A stretch of DNA of 37,969 bases, taken from NCBI GenBank assembly GCA_023665105.1, contig JAMPEO010000001.1:1-37969 (forward strand), in the 5' to 3' direction. The notes under the pieces are model-generated. The model was not told where the DNA came from. It did not search any database and saw nothing but the letters and a program-made list of their open reading frames with translations. The stretch is from Candidatus Gastranaerophilales bacterium. GTDB taxonomy: Bacteria > Cyanobacteriota > Vampirovibrionia > Gastranaerophilales > Gastranaerophilaceae. Shown one piece after another: positions 1 to 8,167 of the stretch (within the stretch, counting starts at the first letter, position 1; every line of letters starts with the position of its first letter). Position numbers and translations under genes: made by a program.

Positions 1-63
1 AAAGCTGACCAAGTTATTACCAGAGAAGTTGATGCTGATGGCAAACTTGGGAAGTTTCTGTGA
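1..63 (+). CDS. 3' end of an unidentified CDS entering from the left edge (partial)
   Basis: Frame 1 reads KADQVITREVDADGKLGKFL then TGA (61-63) with no earlier stop. Only 20 codons are visible, so no product can be assigned. Confidence 0.3.
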   Translation, partial: KADQVITREVDADGKLGKFL

Positions 64-410
64 CTACTTATACTGACAATGATGGAAATACTGTAACTGA
101 TACGGTAAGGACATACGTAAGAACTGAGCGTTTTGGCAAAAAAGATGTCGCAATTACCACAAAAGTCAGTGTACATGAAACTCCAAAAGGAAAACGTACA
201 GTTCAATCTGAAGAATCTGATTACCACTATCAAGAAGAAGTTACTGATATTGAATATCTTGAAGGTGGTGGATATACCGGTAAAAAATCTTCTATGAAAA
301 AAGGTAAGAAAAAGGTTTGCCAAATGCCTCCGGGATTTTCTGAAAAATATCTGTCAACATCCCAAACGATAGGGCGGTTTGTTGATGGGAAATTCATACC
401 GGAAAATTAA
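60..410 (+). CDS. hypothetical Asp/Thr/Lys-rich protein (116 aa)
   Basis: ORF track. The GTG start overlaps the upstream stop as GTGA (60-63), a typical translational-coupling layout. A strong intrinsic terminator follows. No recognisable domain. Confidence 0.5.
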   Translation: MTTYTDNDGNTVTDTVRTYVRTERFGKKDVAITTKVSVHETPKGKRTVQSEESDYHYQEEVTDIEYLEGGGYTGKKSSMKKGKKKVCQMPPGFSEKYLSTSQTIGRFVDGKFIPEN

Positions 411-421
411 TTGTTATTTTG

Positions 422-451
422 AAAAAGACGTCTTACATAGACGTCTTTTTT
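422..451 (+). terminator. rho-independent terminator
   Basis: AGACGTCT (426-433) / AGACGTCT (439-446) form a palindromic stem with loop TACAT, followed by a T-run at 447-451. Confidence 0.75.
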
Positions 452-516
452 GTTTATAAAAAATAATCTAAACGGATGAAATATCCTGAAAATGTTATTT
501 TATGAGTTTTGATTTG

Positions 517-545
517 CTGACAAAAGGGTGAGTATGTGTTACAAT
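517..545 (+). promoter_or_regulatory. putative sigma70-type promoter of the helicase operon
   Basis: CTGACA (517-522), 17-nt spacer, extended -10 TGtTACAAT (537-545). SD AAGAGGGG lies about 10 nt before ATG 574. Confidence 0.4.
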
Positions 546-573
546 ATACAGATATAAGAGGGGTACACTATTT

Positions 574-3500
574 ATGTTACAAGAAGCTACACGTGCTATA
601 AATTCGGCATTTAATAACAGTTTTGTAAAAAAACTATCTTTATATCTTCACGATTGTGTTAGAGAAGAGGTCAAAAGTTCAACATTCAGAAATCTTAAAT
701 CAGATAAAGATAATAAATGGATTTTCTTAAAAGAAGACGACAAACTTTTTACTTCCGATATTGATTATCTAAAGTTGGATGGTAGTGATAGTAAGCTTAC
801 AGAACTTATGATACAAAGTGAGCTTAACCAGAAAGAAAAGTATCTTATTTATGGTTATATGTTTCTTGTTGGCGGCAATTCCAAAAATAGAAAAAAGAAT
901 GAATTTTTAACACCTCTACTTTATATGCCATGTAAACTTGAACGTAATGGTGTCAACATAAACTGTATGCTTACAGATGAGTTCTTATCTTTGAATACAG
1001 GTGCTATAGCATCTTTGATGAAAAAAAATGATAACGAAGAAGAAATGGAACAGTTTATAGAAGGATTGCTTGATGTTGTTCCATCTTTACCTATAACTGA
1101 AGAAAAAATGGAAATCTTCTTAACTACATTAAAATCAATTATTCCTGATATAGAAATTGCTCTTGACCATTCCAGTGATATTGATGAAGACAATATTTCT
1201 AAAGAAACTTCTTCAAAGTCTGATGATAATTCTTCTGAGAATGAAAATGACAGGGATGAAGAAATTGTTGTAAAAACTTCTTCTAAAATTGAAAAAATAA
1301 CATTGACAAGCCAATGTGCAATTATTTTAACTAAACGTCCGTCTGTTACTGCAGGTGTTTTACATGAATTAACTCAAATAGCTGAAAAACCAAGCGGTGT
1401 TTATAGAGAGACTGTACTTAATGTTATAAATGAAGAATATACGCAGTCAAAATCTGTACAAATTCCACAAAAAACCAATGATAAATTTAATCCGATAACA
1501 CCGTTATCATTAAGTGATTCTCAAGCAAGCGTTGTCGAAAATATTGATACAAGCAAGCTTGTTTCAGTATATGGACCACCAGGAACCGGTAAGTCACAAA
1601 CTATTGTTAATCTTGTTGCCCATTTAATTGCTAATGGGAAAACTGTTCTTGTTGCATCAAGAATGGATAAAGCTGTTGATGTTGTTGCTGATAGATTAAA
1701 CGAGTTAGGTGCTCCATACCTTGCATTACGTGCAGGTAGATTAAATTATCAAAAACAGCTGAGTTATCAACTTCAAGATTTGTTATCGAATAAAGTTGAT
1801 TTAGATGAAGACGTAGAAAATAACGTTCTTGTTGATGTTTCTGATATGGAAGATTTATTAAATTCTGTTCGTGATTTGGAAGAAAAAGCTGAGAAAATAA
1901 TTAAACTGGAAAAAGAATGGACAGAAGTCGGTCAAGAAATAGCTGAAAAGAAAAAAGTTTCAGGTCCATCTTTGTATATACGTGGAAAACTTAAGAGAAG
2001 TGATATTGAACAAGTGAAAGCTATTGCAGAAGATATGGAAAAGAATCTCGAAAAATCAGGTTTCTTTGCTTCTGTTAACAATTATACTTCTATTAACAAG
2101 CTAAAGAAAATTCTTCAACTTCCTGATTTTGAGCTTACTCAAGGTAATGTTTTAAAGCTTAATGAGGAGCTTGAACTTGCAGATATTATTTGCCGTGCAA
2201 AAGATATTGAAGAAGAAATCCGTGAAATGGGAAATATCCATGTTATTTCTGAAAAAATAAGAACACTTAAAAAGAAACAAAAGAAACTTGTTACTGATAT
2301 TTTAATAAATAAAAGAAGAGAAGCTCTCAAAGGTTTGATGAGAGATCAGGTTAAACGTCAAAGATTATTTGTTCATTCTAAATCTTTGATTGAAAGAAAA
2401 AAGAGTCTTCAAAACAGACTTTTGGAGGCGGAAGATTTTAAACCGTTATTGGAAGCATTCCCGTGCTGGTGCGTTACAACCTATGCTGTTTCAGGTTCTC
2501 TTCCGATGAAACCGGGATTATTTGATGTTGCAATTATTGATGAAGCTTCTCAATGTGATATAGCAAGTTGTTTCCCTATACTTTATAGGGCAAAACGTGC
2601 AGTTATTGTTGGTGATGATAAACAGCTTCCTCATTTATCATTCCTTGAAACGGCAAAAGAACAGTCGTTCATGAGTAAGTATGAAGTTGCTGACAGATAT
2701 CAGCTAATGTGGAGATTTAGAACTAATTCAATGTTTGATATTGCAAACTATTATTCTATGAAGCCTGTTTTATTGGATGAACATTTTAGAAGCTTGCCTC
2801 CGATTATCAATTTCTCTAATAAAGAATTTTACGGCAATAGAATAAGAGTTATGAAACAGGATAGTCCAAATGAAAAGGTTCTTGAGATTGTTCATGTTCC
2901 TGACGGAAAAGTCGATTTTGATGCAACACGTAACCTGCCTGAAATTGAGGCTGTTGTTAAACGTGTTCATGAAATTATTGTTGATAATGAAAAGGATGAT
3001 CCTGATAATCCTATTACTATCGGTATTATTTCACCATTTAGAGCACAGGTGGAACAATTAAAAACTTCTATAGGAAAAGTAATTTCTGATTATATGATTC
3101 AAAAACATAAGATAGAAATTGGTACGGCACATACTTTTCAAGGTGATGAGAGGGATGTAATTCTTATTTCGTGGGCATTTGCAAATAATAGTTTCCCACA
3201 AAGTTTAACATTCTTGCAAAAACCTAATTTGTTCAATGTTGCAATTACTCGTGCTAAAAAACAAATGATAAATTTTGTTTCTAAAGATTATACTGATTTG
3301 CCGGATGGTTTATTCCGAAGTTATCTTTCATATATCAAAGAGTACGAAGAAAAACATGAAAAAATAGTAAATCATGAACTTGATGAAAATACCTATAAAA
3401 ATTCATTTGAACGAGAAGTTGCTGATACTTTAAGGAGTATGGATTATGATGTTCAAGCCGGTGTAGAAATAGGTGGAGTAAATGCTGATATACTTGTAAA

Positions 3501-3675
3501 TAATAAATTTGTAATTGAGTGTGATGGTTTAAAAGATAATATAAAATCTAATGTTAAAAATATGAAAAAACAAGCTGTTATTGAACGTTGCGGATTCAAG
3601 GTTTGCAGGTTCTCTTATAGAGAATGGCTAAAATCTAGCGAAGCTTGTGTTAATAGGATTACGAATTATTTGTAA
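574..3675 (+). CDS. DUF4011-like N-terminus + SF1 (Upf1/DNA2-like, AAA_11/AAA_12) helicase + C-terminal DUF559/Vsr-fold-like endonuclease
   Basis: 1033-aa ORF. Helicase motifs: GPPGTGKS (Walker A, nt 1573-1596), IIDEASQ (motif II), VGDDKQLP, TAHTFQGDERDVILIS, NVAITRAK. A long Lys/Glu coiled-coil insertion lies between motifs I and II. The N-terminal segment YLIYGYMFLVGG...LTPLLYMPCKLER matches the DUF4011 pattern. The C-terminal FEREVADTLR...NADILV...FVIECDG resembles DUF559-type nucleases. Confidence 0.9.
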   Translation: MLQEATRAINSAFNNSFVKKLSLYLHDCVREEVKSSTFRNLKSDKDNKWIFLKEDDKLFTSDIDYLKLDGSDSKLTELMIQSELNQKEKYLIYGYMFLVGGNSKNRKKNEFLTPLLYMPCKLERNGVNINCMLTDEFLSLNTGAIASLMKKNDNEEEMEQFIEGLLDVVPSLPITEEKMEIFLTTLKSIIPDIEIALDHSSDIDEDNISKETSSKSDDNSSENENDRDEEIVVKTSSKIEKITLTSQCAIILTKRPSVTAGVLHELTQIAEKPSGVYRETVLNVINEEYTQSKSVQIPQKTNDKFNPITPLSLSDSQASVVENIDTSKLVSVYGPPGTGKSQTIVNLVAHLIANGKTVLVASRMDKAVDVVADRLNELGAPYLALRAGRLNYQKQLSYQLQDLLSNKVDLDEDVENNVLVDVSDMEDLLNSVRDLEEKAEKIIKLEKEWTEVGQEIAEKKKVSGPSLYIRGKLKRSDIEQVKAIAEDMEKNLEKSGFFASVNNYTSINKLKKILQLPDFELTQGNVLKLNEELELADIICRAKDIEEEIREMGNIHVISEKIRTLKKKQKKLVTDILINKRREALKGLMRDQVKRQRLFVHSKSLIERKKSLQNRLLEAEDFKPLLEAFPCWCVTTYAVSGSLPMKPGLFDVAIIDEASQCDIASCFPILYRAKRAVIVGDDKQLPHLSFLETAKEQSFMSKYEVADRYQLMWRFRTNSMFDIANYYSMKPVLLDEHFRSLPPIINFSNKEFYGNRIRVMKQDSPNEKVLEIVHVPDGKVDFDATRNLPEIEAVVKRVHEIIVDNEKDDPDNPITIGIISPFRAQVEQLKTSIGKVISDYMIQKHKIEIGTAHTFQGDERDVILISWAFANNSFPQSLTFLQKPNLFNVAITRAKKQMINFVSKDYTDLPDGLFRSYLSYIKEYEEKHEKIVNHELDENTYKNSFEREVADTLRSMDYDVQAGVEIGGVNADILVNNKFVIECDGLKDNIKSNVKNMKKQAVIERCGFKVCRFSYREWLKSSEACVNRITNYL

Positions 3676-3684
3676 GAGATAATT

Positions 3685-5166
3685 ATGACAGCAGGATATT
3701 CTGAGTTATTCAAACAAGCATTTCAGCTTCATAAAGAAAATAAGCTTGATGAAGCTGAAAATATGTATATGGAAGTTTTGGAAACAGAACCTCAAAATGC
3801 AGAAGCGTGGAATTTTTTAGGGATAATAAATCTTCAAAAATTTAGATTAAGTAAGGCAGAAGAATATATATTAAAAGCATTAGATATTACTCCAGAACCT
3901 TATTTTTATGAAAACCTTGCAAAAGTTTATCTTGAAAAAGAAGATTCTGCTAAGGCAATATCTATTTATCAGGAATTATTGAAGTTTATGCCGGAAAGTT
4001 TTAATTATTTGTTTAATTTGGCTTCTGCATACAAGGTTGCAGGTGATATGGAAAATGCAATTCTTACATATAAAAAAGCTATAGAAATTATTCCTGATAA
4101 TCCTGATACATATTTTAATTTAGGTCTTATTTATAACGATATGTCTAATCCGCAAGAAGCGATAAAATATTATGAAAAAGCTGTAGAGCTTTGTCCGGAT
4201 GATATGGAAACAAGGTATTTTACAGGTATAACATATTTTAGAAACAGGGATTACAAACACGGGTTACCGTTTTTTGAGAGTAGATTATGCCGTCAGAGTG
4301 CTATTGTTACTCAGCAAACTACTTATCCTAATTTAATTAAGACTGCTCCATTATGGCAAGGTGAAGATGTTAGTGATAAAACAGTTTACACTTATTATGA
4401 AGCAGGATTTGGTGATGTTCTGATGTTTGCAAGATATTTACCTTTATTGAAGGCAAAGTGTAAGCATCTGATTTTTAAACCACAGTTACCGTTAGTTGAG
4501 TTATTTGAAGAAAATTTTCCTGATATAGAGATTATGAAACTCTTTAAACACGAATCTATAATGCATTTTGATTATCATATCCCTATATTGAGTTTGCCTT
4601 ATGTACTTGGACTTACTGAAGATGATATGTTTGTAAGCCAAAAAAGTTATCTTAAAGCTAATCCTGTAAAAATTGAAAAATATAAAAAGAATTATTTTGG
4701 CAATAATAAATTCAAAATAGGTATAAAATGGCGTGGTAATACACATTATGAGATGGATAGAGTTATTGATATCAAGTCATTTATAAAACTGTTTGGAATA
4801 GAAAATACAAAATTCTACTCATTCCAAACATTTGAAGGTGCGGATGATTTAAATCAGATTATAAATGATTATGATATTGTTGATATTGGAAAAACTGTTG
4901 AGAATTTTTCTGATACTGCCGGTGCTCTTGCTAATCTTGATCTTGTTATCTGTAATGATACATCATTAGCACATCTTGCAGGTGCTATGAATATTCCTTG
5001 TTGGATATTGCTTCCATATAATTATAATTGGCGTTGGCATTTAGACTTAACAAAATGTGATTGGTATGAAAGTGTCAGGTTATATCGTCAGGTAGAAAAA
5101 GGAAACTGGGACGAAATTTTTGATCGTATGCATGATGATTTGATAGAGTTCGGAACGAAAAAATAA
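3685..5166 (+). CDS. TPR-repeat protein with C-terminal GT-B (GT9/heptosyltransferase-like) glycosyltransferase domain
   Basis: 493-aa ORF starting 9 nt after the helicase stop. N-terminal TPR units (AEAWNFLGII, YFNLGLIYND, AIKYYEKAVEL). C-terminal signatures GFGDVLMFARYLP, GIKWRGN, DTSLAHLAGAMNIPCWILLP, NWRW and SVRLYRQ...GNW are typical of TPR-GT9-like proteins. Confidence 0.85.
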   Translation: MTAGYSELFKQAFQLHKENKLDEAENMYMEVLETEPQNAEAWNFLGIINLQKFRLSKAEEYILKALDITPEPYFYENLAKVYLEKEDSAKAISIYQELLKFMPESFNYLFNLASAYKVAGDMENAILTYKKAIEIIPDNPDTYFNLGLIYNDMSNPQEAIKYYEKAVELCPDDMETRYFTGITYFRNRDYKHGLPFFESRLCRQSAIVTQQTTYPNLIKTAPLWQGEDVSDKTVYTYYEAGFGDVLMFARYLPLLKAKCKHLIFKPQLPLVELFEENFPDIEIMKLFKHESIMHFDYHIPILSLPYVLGLTEDDMFVSQKSYLKANPVKIEKYKKNYFGNNKFKIGIKWRGNTHYEMDRVIDIKSFIKLFGIENTKFYSFQTFEGADDLNQIINDYDIVDIGKTVENFSDTAGALANLDLVICNDTSLAHLAGAMNIPCWILLPYNYNWRWHLDLTKCDWYESVRLYRQVEKGNWDEIFDRMHDDLIEFGTKK

Positions 5167-5214
5167 AGGTAGAAGTCTACTTAAAATTAAGAGTTTTTAT
5201 AGTAAAATATTTAT

Positions 5215-6280
5215 ATGGATTTGAATGAATTAGAAGCACGAATAAACAAAAATAAGGAGTATCTTTGACCTTGATGCTTTGAGTTCTGAGTTGGCTGAGA
5301 TTGAAGAAAAACTTCAAACCTCTGATATTTGGTCAAATCAAAAATTGGCTTCTGAACTTGGTCAAAAATCAAGAGAGTTAAAAGAAACTATAGAAAATGC
5401 AAATCAATGGACAAGTATAATTGATGATGCAAAAATTGCTTATGAAATGGGTGATGAAGAACTTATTTCTGAAACAGAAATTCAACTTGCAGATTTAGAA
5501 AAAATGCTTGATAAGTTTGATTTTCAAAAGATGTTAAGCGGTGAATATGATGAGGCTGATGCTATCCTAAGTGTGAATTCAGGAGCAGGTGGTACTGATG
5601 CACAGGATTGGACCCAAATGTTACTGAGAATGTACACACGTTGGGCTGAGGCTAAGGGATGGAAAGTTGAGCTGCTTGATAAGTCAGATGGTGAAGAAGC
5701 AGGAATTAAGTCAGCAACAATAAAAATTACAGGCAAATATGCTTATGGTTATGCAAAGGCTGAAAAAGGTGTTCACAGACTTGTGAGAATTTCTCCTTTT
5801 AATGCTAATGGAAAACGTCAGACAAGTTTTGCTTCTTGCGAAGTTTCGCCGATAATTCCTGATTTTGAGAAAACTATTGTTATTCCGCCTGAGGATTTAG
5901 AAGTTGATACTATGCGTTCCGGTGGTGCCGGCGGTCAAAATGTTAATAAAGTAGAAACAGCTGTTAGGATTTTACATAAACCAACAGGTATTGTAGTCAA
6001 ATGTCAACAAGAACGTTCACAGCTGCAGAATAAAGAATATGCAATGCAAATTCTTGCATCAAAACTTTTAGAGATAAGACAAAATGAACATGAGAAAAAA
6101 CTGGCTGAGCTTAAAGGTGAAAACTTTGATATAAATTTTGGCTCACAGATTCGTTCTTATGTTTTTCATCCGTATAAGATGGTTAAAGACCATCGTACAG
6201 GGTTTGAGGTTGGAAATGTTGATTCTGTAATGGATGGCGAGTTAGATGGTTTTATTGAAAGTTATTTGAAATCTCGTTAG
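5215..6280 (+). CDS. prfB: peptide chain release factor 2, programmed +1 frameshift at 5263-5267
   Basis: ATG 5215 gives [17 protein letters not shown] then in-frame TGA (5266-5268). The site AAGGAG-TAT-CTT-TGA-C matches the canonical RF2 recoding site (SD-like element, CUU UGA C). The +1 frame continues [16 protein letters not shown]... into ORF 5279-6280, which carries SPF (RISPF) and GGQ ([10 protein letters not shown]). Confidence 0.92.
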
Positions 6281-6291
6281 TAAAAATATTA

Positions 6292-6319
6292 TTGATTTTT
6301 TCTGAAAAATGTCTATAAT
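6292..6319 (+). promoter_or_regulatory. putative sigma70-type promoter of the zinc-ribbon gene
   Basis: TTGATT (6292-6297), 16-nt spacer, consensus TATAAT (6314-6319). SD AGGAGA lies before ATG 6370. Confidence 0.45.
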
Positions 6320-6369
6320 GAGTACATGGCATCGTATGCCGGTATTACTTTATTTTAGGAGAAACTGCA

Positions 6370-6639
6370 ATGTATCAAGATGAAACACTTATTTGCGAAG
6401 ATTGTTCTGCAGAGTTTGTTTTTACAGCAGGCGAACAAGAATTTTATGCTGAAAAGGGTCTTACAAATAAGCCAAAAAGATGTCCTGAATGTAGGAAGAA
6501 ACGTAGACAAAAAAATAGGAAAAAATTGTATGATGCAGTTTGTACCAAATGTGGAGCTCAGACTCAGGTTCCGTTTAAACCGAAACCTGATAGAGAGGTT
6601 CTATGTAAAGAATGTTTTGAAGCATCAAAAGAAGTATAA
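6370..6639 (+). CDS. double CxxC zinc-ribbon protein (CxxC-x17-CxxC domain family)
   Basis: 89 aa. Contains C9xxC12...C38xxC41 and C58xxC61-x17-C79xxC82. The motif CEDC..F.F...EQEFY..KG....P.RC.ECRKKRR is typical of this small zinc-ribbon family. The overlapping 6380-6697 ORF is a frame artefact. Confidence 0.85.
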   Translation: MYQDETLICEDCSAEFVFTAGEQEFYAEKGLTNKPKRCPECRKKRRQKNRKKLYDAVCTKCGAQTQVPFKPKPDREVLCKECFEASKEV

Positions 6640-6640
6640 C

Positions 6641-6671
6641 AAAAAGGGGAACGAAATTCGTTCCCCTTTTT
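6641..6671. terminator. bidirectional rho-independent terminator between convergent genes
   Basis: A5-GGGGAACGA (6646-6654) / TCGTTCCCC (6658-6666)-T5. It serves 6370-6639 (+) and 6694-7059 (-). Confidence 0.8.
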
Positions 6672-6693
6672 GTTTGAATAACCAACAATTAAA

Positions 6694-7059
6694 TTAACAT
6701 GTGAAAGAAGCTGAGCATCCGCCGCCGGATGATGAACATCCTCCTCCGCCCGAGAAAGATGCTCCTGATGAGCAAGTACTTCCTCCGCTGGAGAATGAAC
6801 CACCGCTAAATGCGACAGAGCCTGCTGTTTCAGTTGAACCTGATGCTACGTATGATGCATATTGACTATAATCAATATTGACCGATACGGAAAATTCGCA
6901 GCTGTCATAAGAACCGCTTGATAGTAAACTGCTAACAATAGATGATGCGTCATCAGAATATGCTACTGAACCAGCAGTTTCGCTTTCTGTGTTTGATAAT
7001 ATTAGTGAACCAAAAGGTTGTTCAGAATTTGAATAATGTGAAGTAAATCCAAGTGCCAT
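6694..7059 (-). CDS. Ser/Gly/Cys-rich protein lacking Lys/Arg, with a Gly-Cys-Ser C-terminus (function unknown)
   Basis: 121-aa ORF with SD AAGAGGA about 13 nt upstream and a terminator just downstream. There is no Lys or Arg, and there is an internal repeat ETAGSVAYS / ETAGSVAFS. The C-terminus is SGGSFSSGGSTCSSGASFSGGGGCSSSGGGCSASFTC-stop. The 3' part is locally GC-rich in an AT-rich background. Confidence 0.55.
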   Translation of the reverse strand: MALGFTSHYSNSEQPFGSLILSNTESETAGSVAYSDDASSIVSSLLSSGSYDSCEFSVSVNIDYSQYASYVASGSTETAGSVAFSGGSFSSGGSTCSSGASFSGGGGCSSSGGGCSASFTC

Positions 7060-7177
7060 ATTAAAAATCTCGTCCTCTTATACTTACATATATATAAAGT
7101 GTTTTTTTTATGGCATGATTTCAGACTTTAAAAAATGTGTTACATTGCTTAACAAAAAAGTCAATTTTGTAAAAAAT

Positions 7178-7199
7178 AAATACTTTATATAAGTGTAAG
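7178..7199. promoter_or_regulatory. conserved 22-nt near-palindromic motif, copy 1 (AAATACTTTATATAAGTGTAAG)
   Basis: 21/22 identical to 7953-7974. Each copy is followed by ...AGATTAGATT.... It lies in the upstream region of a minus-strand gene and about 100 nt before a plus-oriented terminator. Confidence 0.4.
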
Positions 7200-7293
7200 G
7201 TTAGATTAGATTATTAAGGATTAGTTATGAAACAATAAGATTTTCAAACTATAAAAAAGATTGTAAATAATGTGTGTAAGTGTGTAAAAGTTG

Positions 7294-7319
7294 CGGTATG
7301 AAAAATACCGTTTTTTTTT
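7294..7319 (+). terminator. rho-independent terminator, strongest in plus orientation
   Basis: CGGTAT (7294-7299) / ATACCG (7305-7310) with loop GAAAA, followed by T9 (7311-7319). On the minus strand the trailing U-run is poor (CAACTTTT). Confidence 0.6.
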
Positions 7320-7321
7320 GC

Positions 7322-7813
7322 TTAATTTTCAACGAGTCCGTCTATGTTCATAGGTGTGCTTGTTGGTAAGCCTGAAAACATTCCGTGTGTATAGTTTCGG
7401 TGTTTTGCTTGAATATTTTTTCTGGCATCAAAAGCTTTTCGAAGTTGATTACACCTGTTTTTTAGGTTTCCGTCGTGTATAGTTCCAAATATTTTTTCTT
7501 CGAGTCGACTAATTCTCTCTTCATCGTTTTGATTAGTGTATTCTTTGTTTAACCATTCTCTTTCCATGCGTGAGAGAACATTGTTATATTTACTTTCTTC
7601 TTGTGAAAATGGATTTTGCATTTTTTCAGGATGGTAAAATTCTGGCTGAATTTTATTGAAAGGATTTTCTGCTTTTACCAGTTTAAACCATGATTCTTTA
7701 TATGGGTTTATATTATTTGGTGTATAGTTTTGCGGTAAAACATCATTCGCACAAGATATTAGACCATTTGTGCTCAGCAAAATAATGAATAATATTTTTA
7801 GTAATTTAATCAT
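7322..7813 (-). CDS. hypothetical lipoprotein
   Basis: The ORF extends to 7834, but the SD AAGAGGA sits 5-6 nt before the ATG at 7813. The N-terminus MIKLLKILFIILLSTNGLIS-C has a lipobox (LISC). No recognisable domain. Confidence 0.7.
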   Translation of the reverse strand: MIKLLKILFIILLSTNGLISCANDVLPQNYTPNNINPYKESWFKLVKAENPFNKIQPEFYHPEKMQNPFSQEESKYNNVLSRMEREWLNKEYTNQNDEERISRLEEKIFGTIHDGNLKNRCNQLRKAFDARKNIQAKHRNYTHGMFSGLPTSTPMNIDGLVEN

Positions 7814-7952
7814 ATATTTCCTCTTAATCTGCATAATAAATCATAGATAAAATTTTTCTATTCTCCTTATGAATAGCCTGTAATAACTATATTTTTATAA
7901 ATGTTAAGAAATGTAACTTTGGACATTCTTAAAAGGCAATTTCAGAAAAAAG

Positions 7953-7974
7953 AAATACTTTATATAAATGTAAG
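7953..7974. promoter_or_regulatory. conserved 22-nt near-palindromic motif, copy 2 (AAATACTTTATATAAATGTAAG)
   Basis: Paralogous to 7178-7199. Followed by TAAGATTAGATT and, about 130 nt downstream, by the hairpin terminator at 8103-8131. Confidence 0.4.
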
Positions 7975-8102
7975 CGGGATTTAAGATTAGATTTCAGTTG
8001 AGTAAAATTAAGTCAGAAACACAAAAGCAATATAAATATGTTGCTAAACTAAGTTAGAAAAATTAAGTTGAAACTTCTTTGATATTCATATTCACAATCG
8101 AA

Positions 8103-8131
8103 AAGACAGATGTACCAGCGTCTGTCTTTTT
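8103..8131. terminator. bidirectional rho-independent terminator (downstream of rlmD)
   Basis: AAGACAGA (8103-8110) / TCTGTCTT (8121-8128) with a 10-nt loop, A4 upstream and T5 downstream. Confidence 0.6.
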
Positions 8132-8167
8132 CTCATGTAGATTTCCCGATAAATATTGAATTAGGTT

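Noticed and set aside
1-410. A single gene broken by a frameshift at 60-63
   Set aside because: The GTGA stop/start overlap is a common coupling arrangement, and frame 3 carries stops at 30-32 and 36-38. Only 20 upstream codons are visible, so a pseudogene cannot be argued. Kept as two CDSs with low confidence.
6380-6803. ORFs 6380-6697 (+) and 6564-6803 (-) overlapping the zinc-ribbon gene and the terminator
   Set aside because: They are alternative frames of a gene with perfect CxxC spacing. They also read through a strong bidirectional terminator hairpin.
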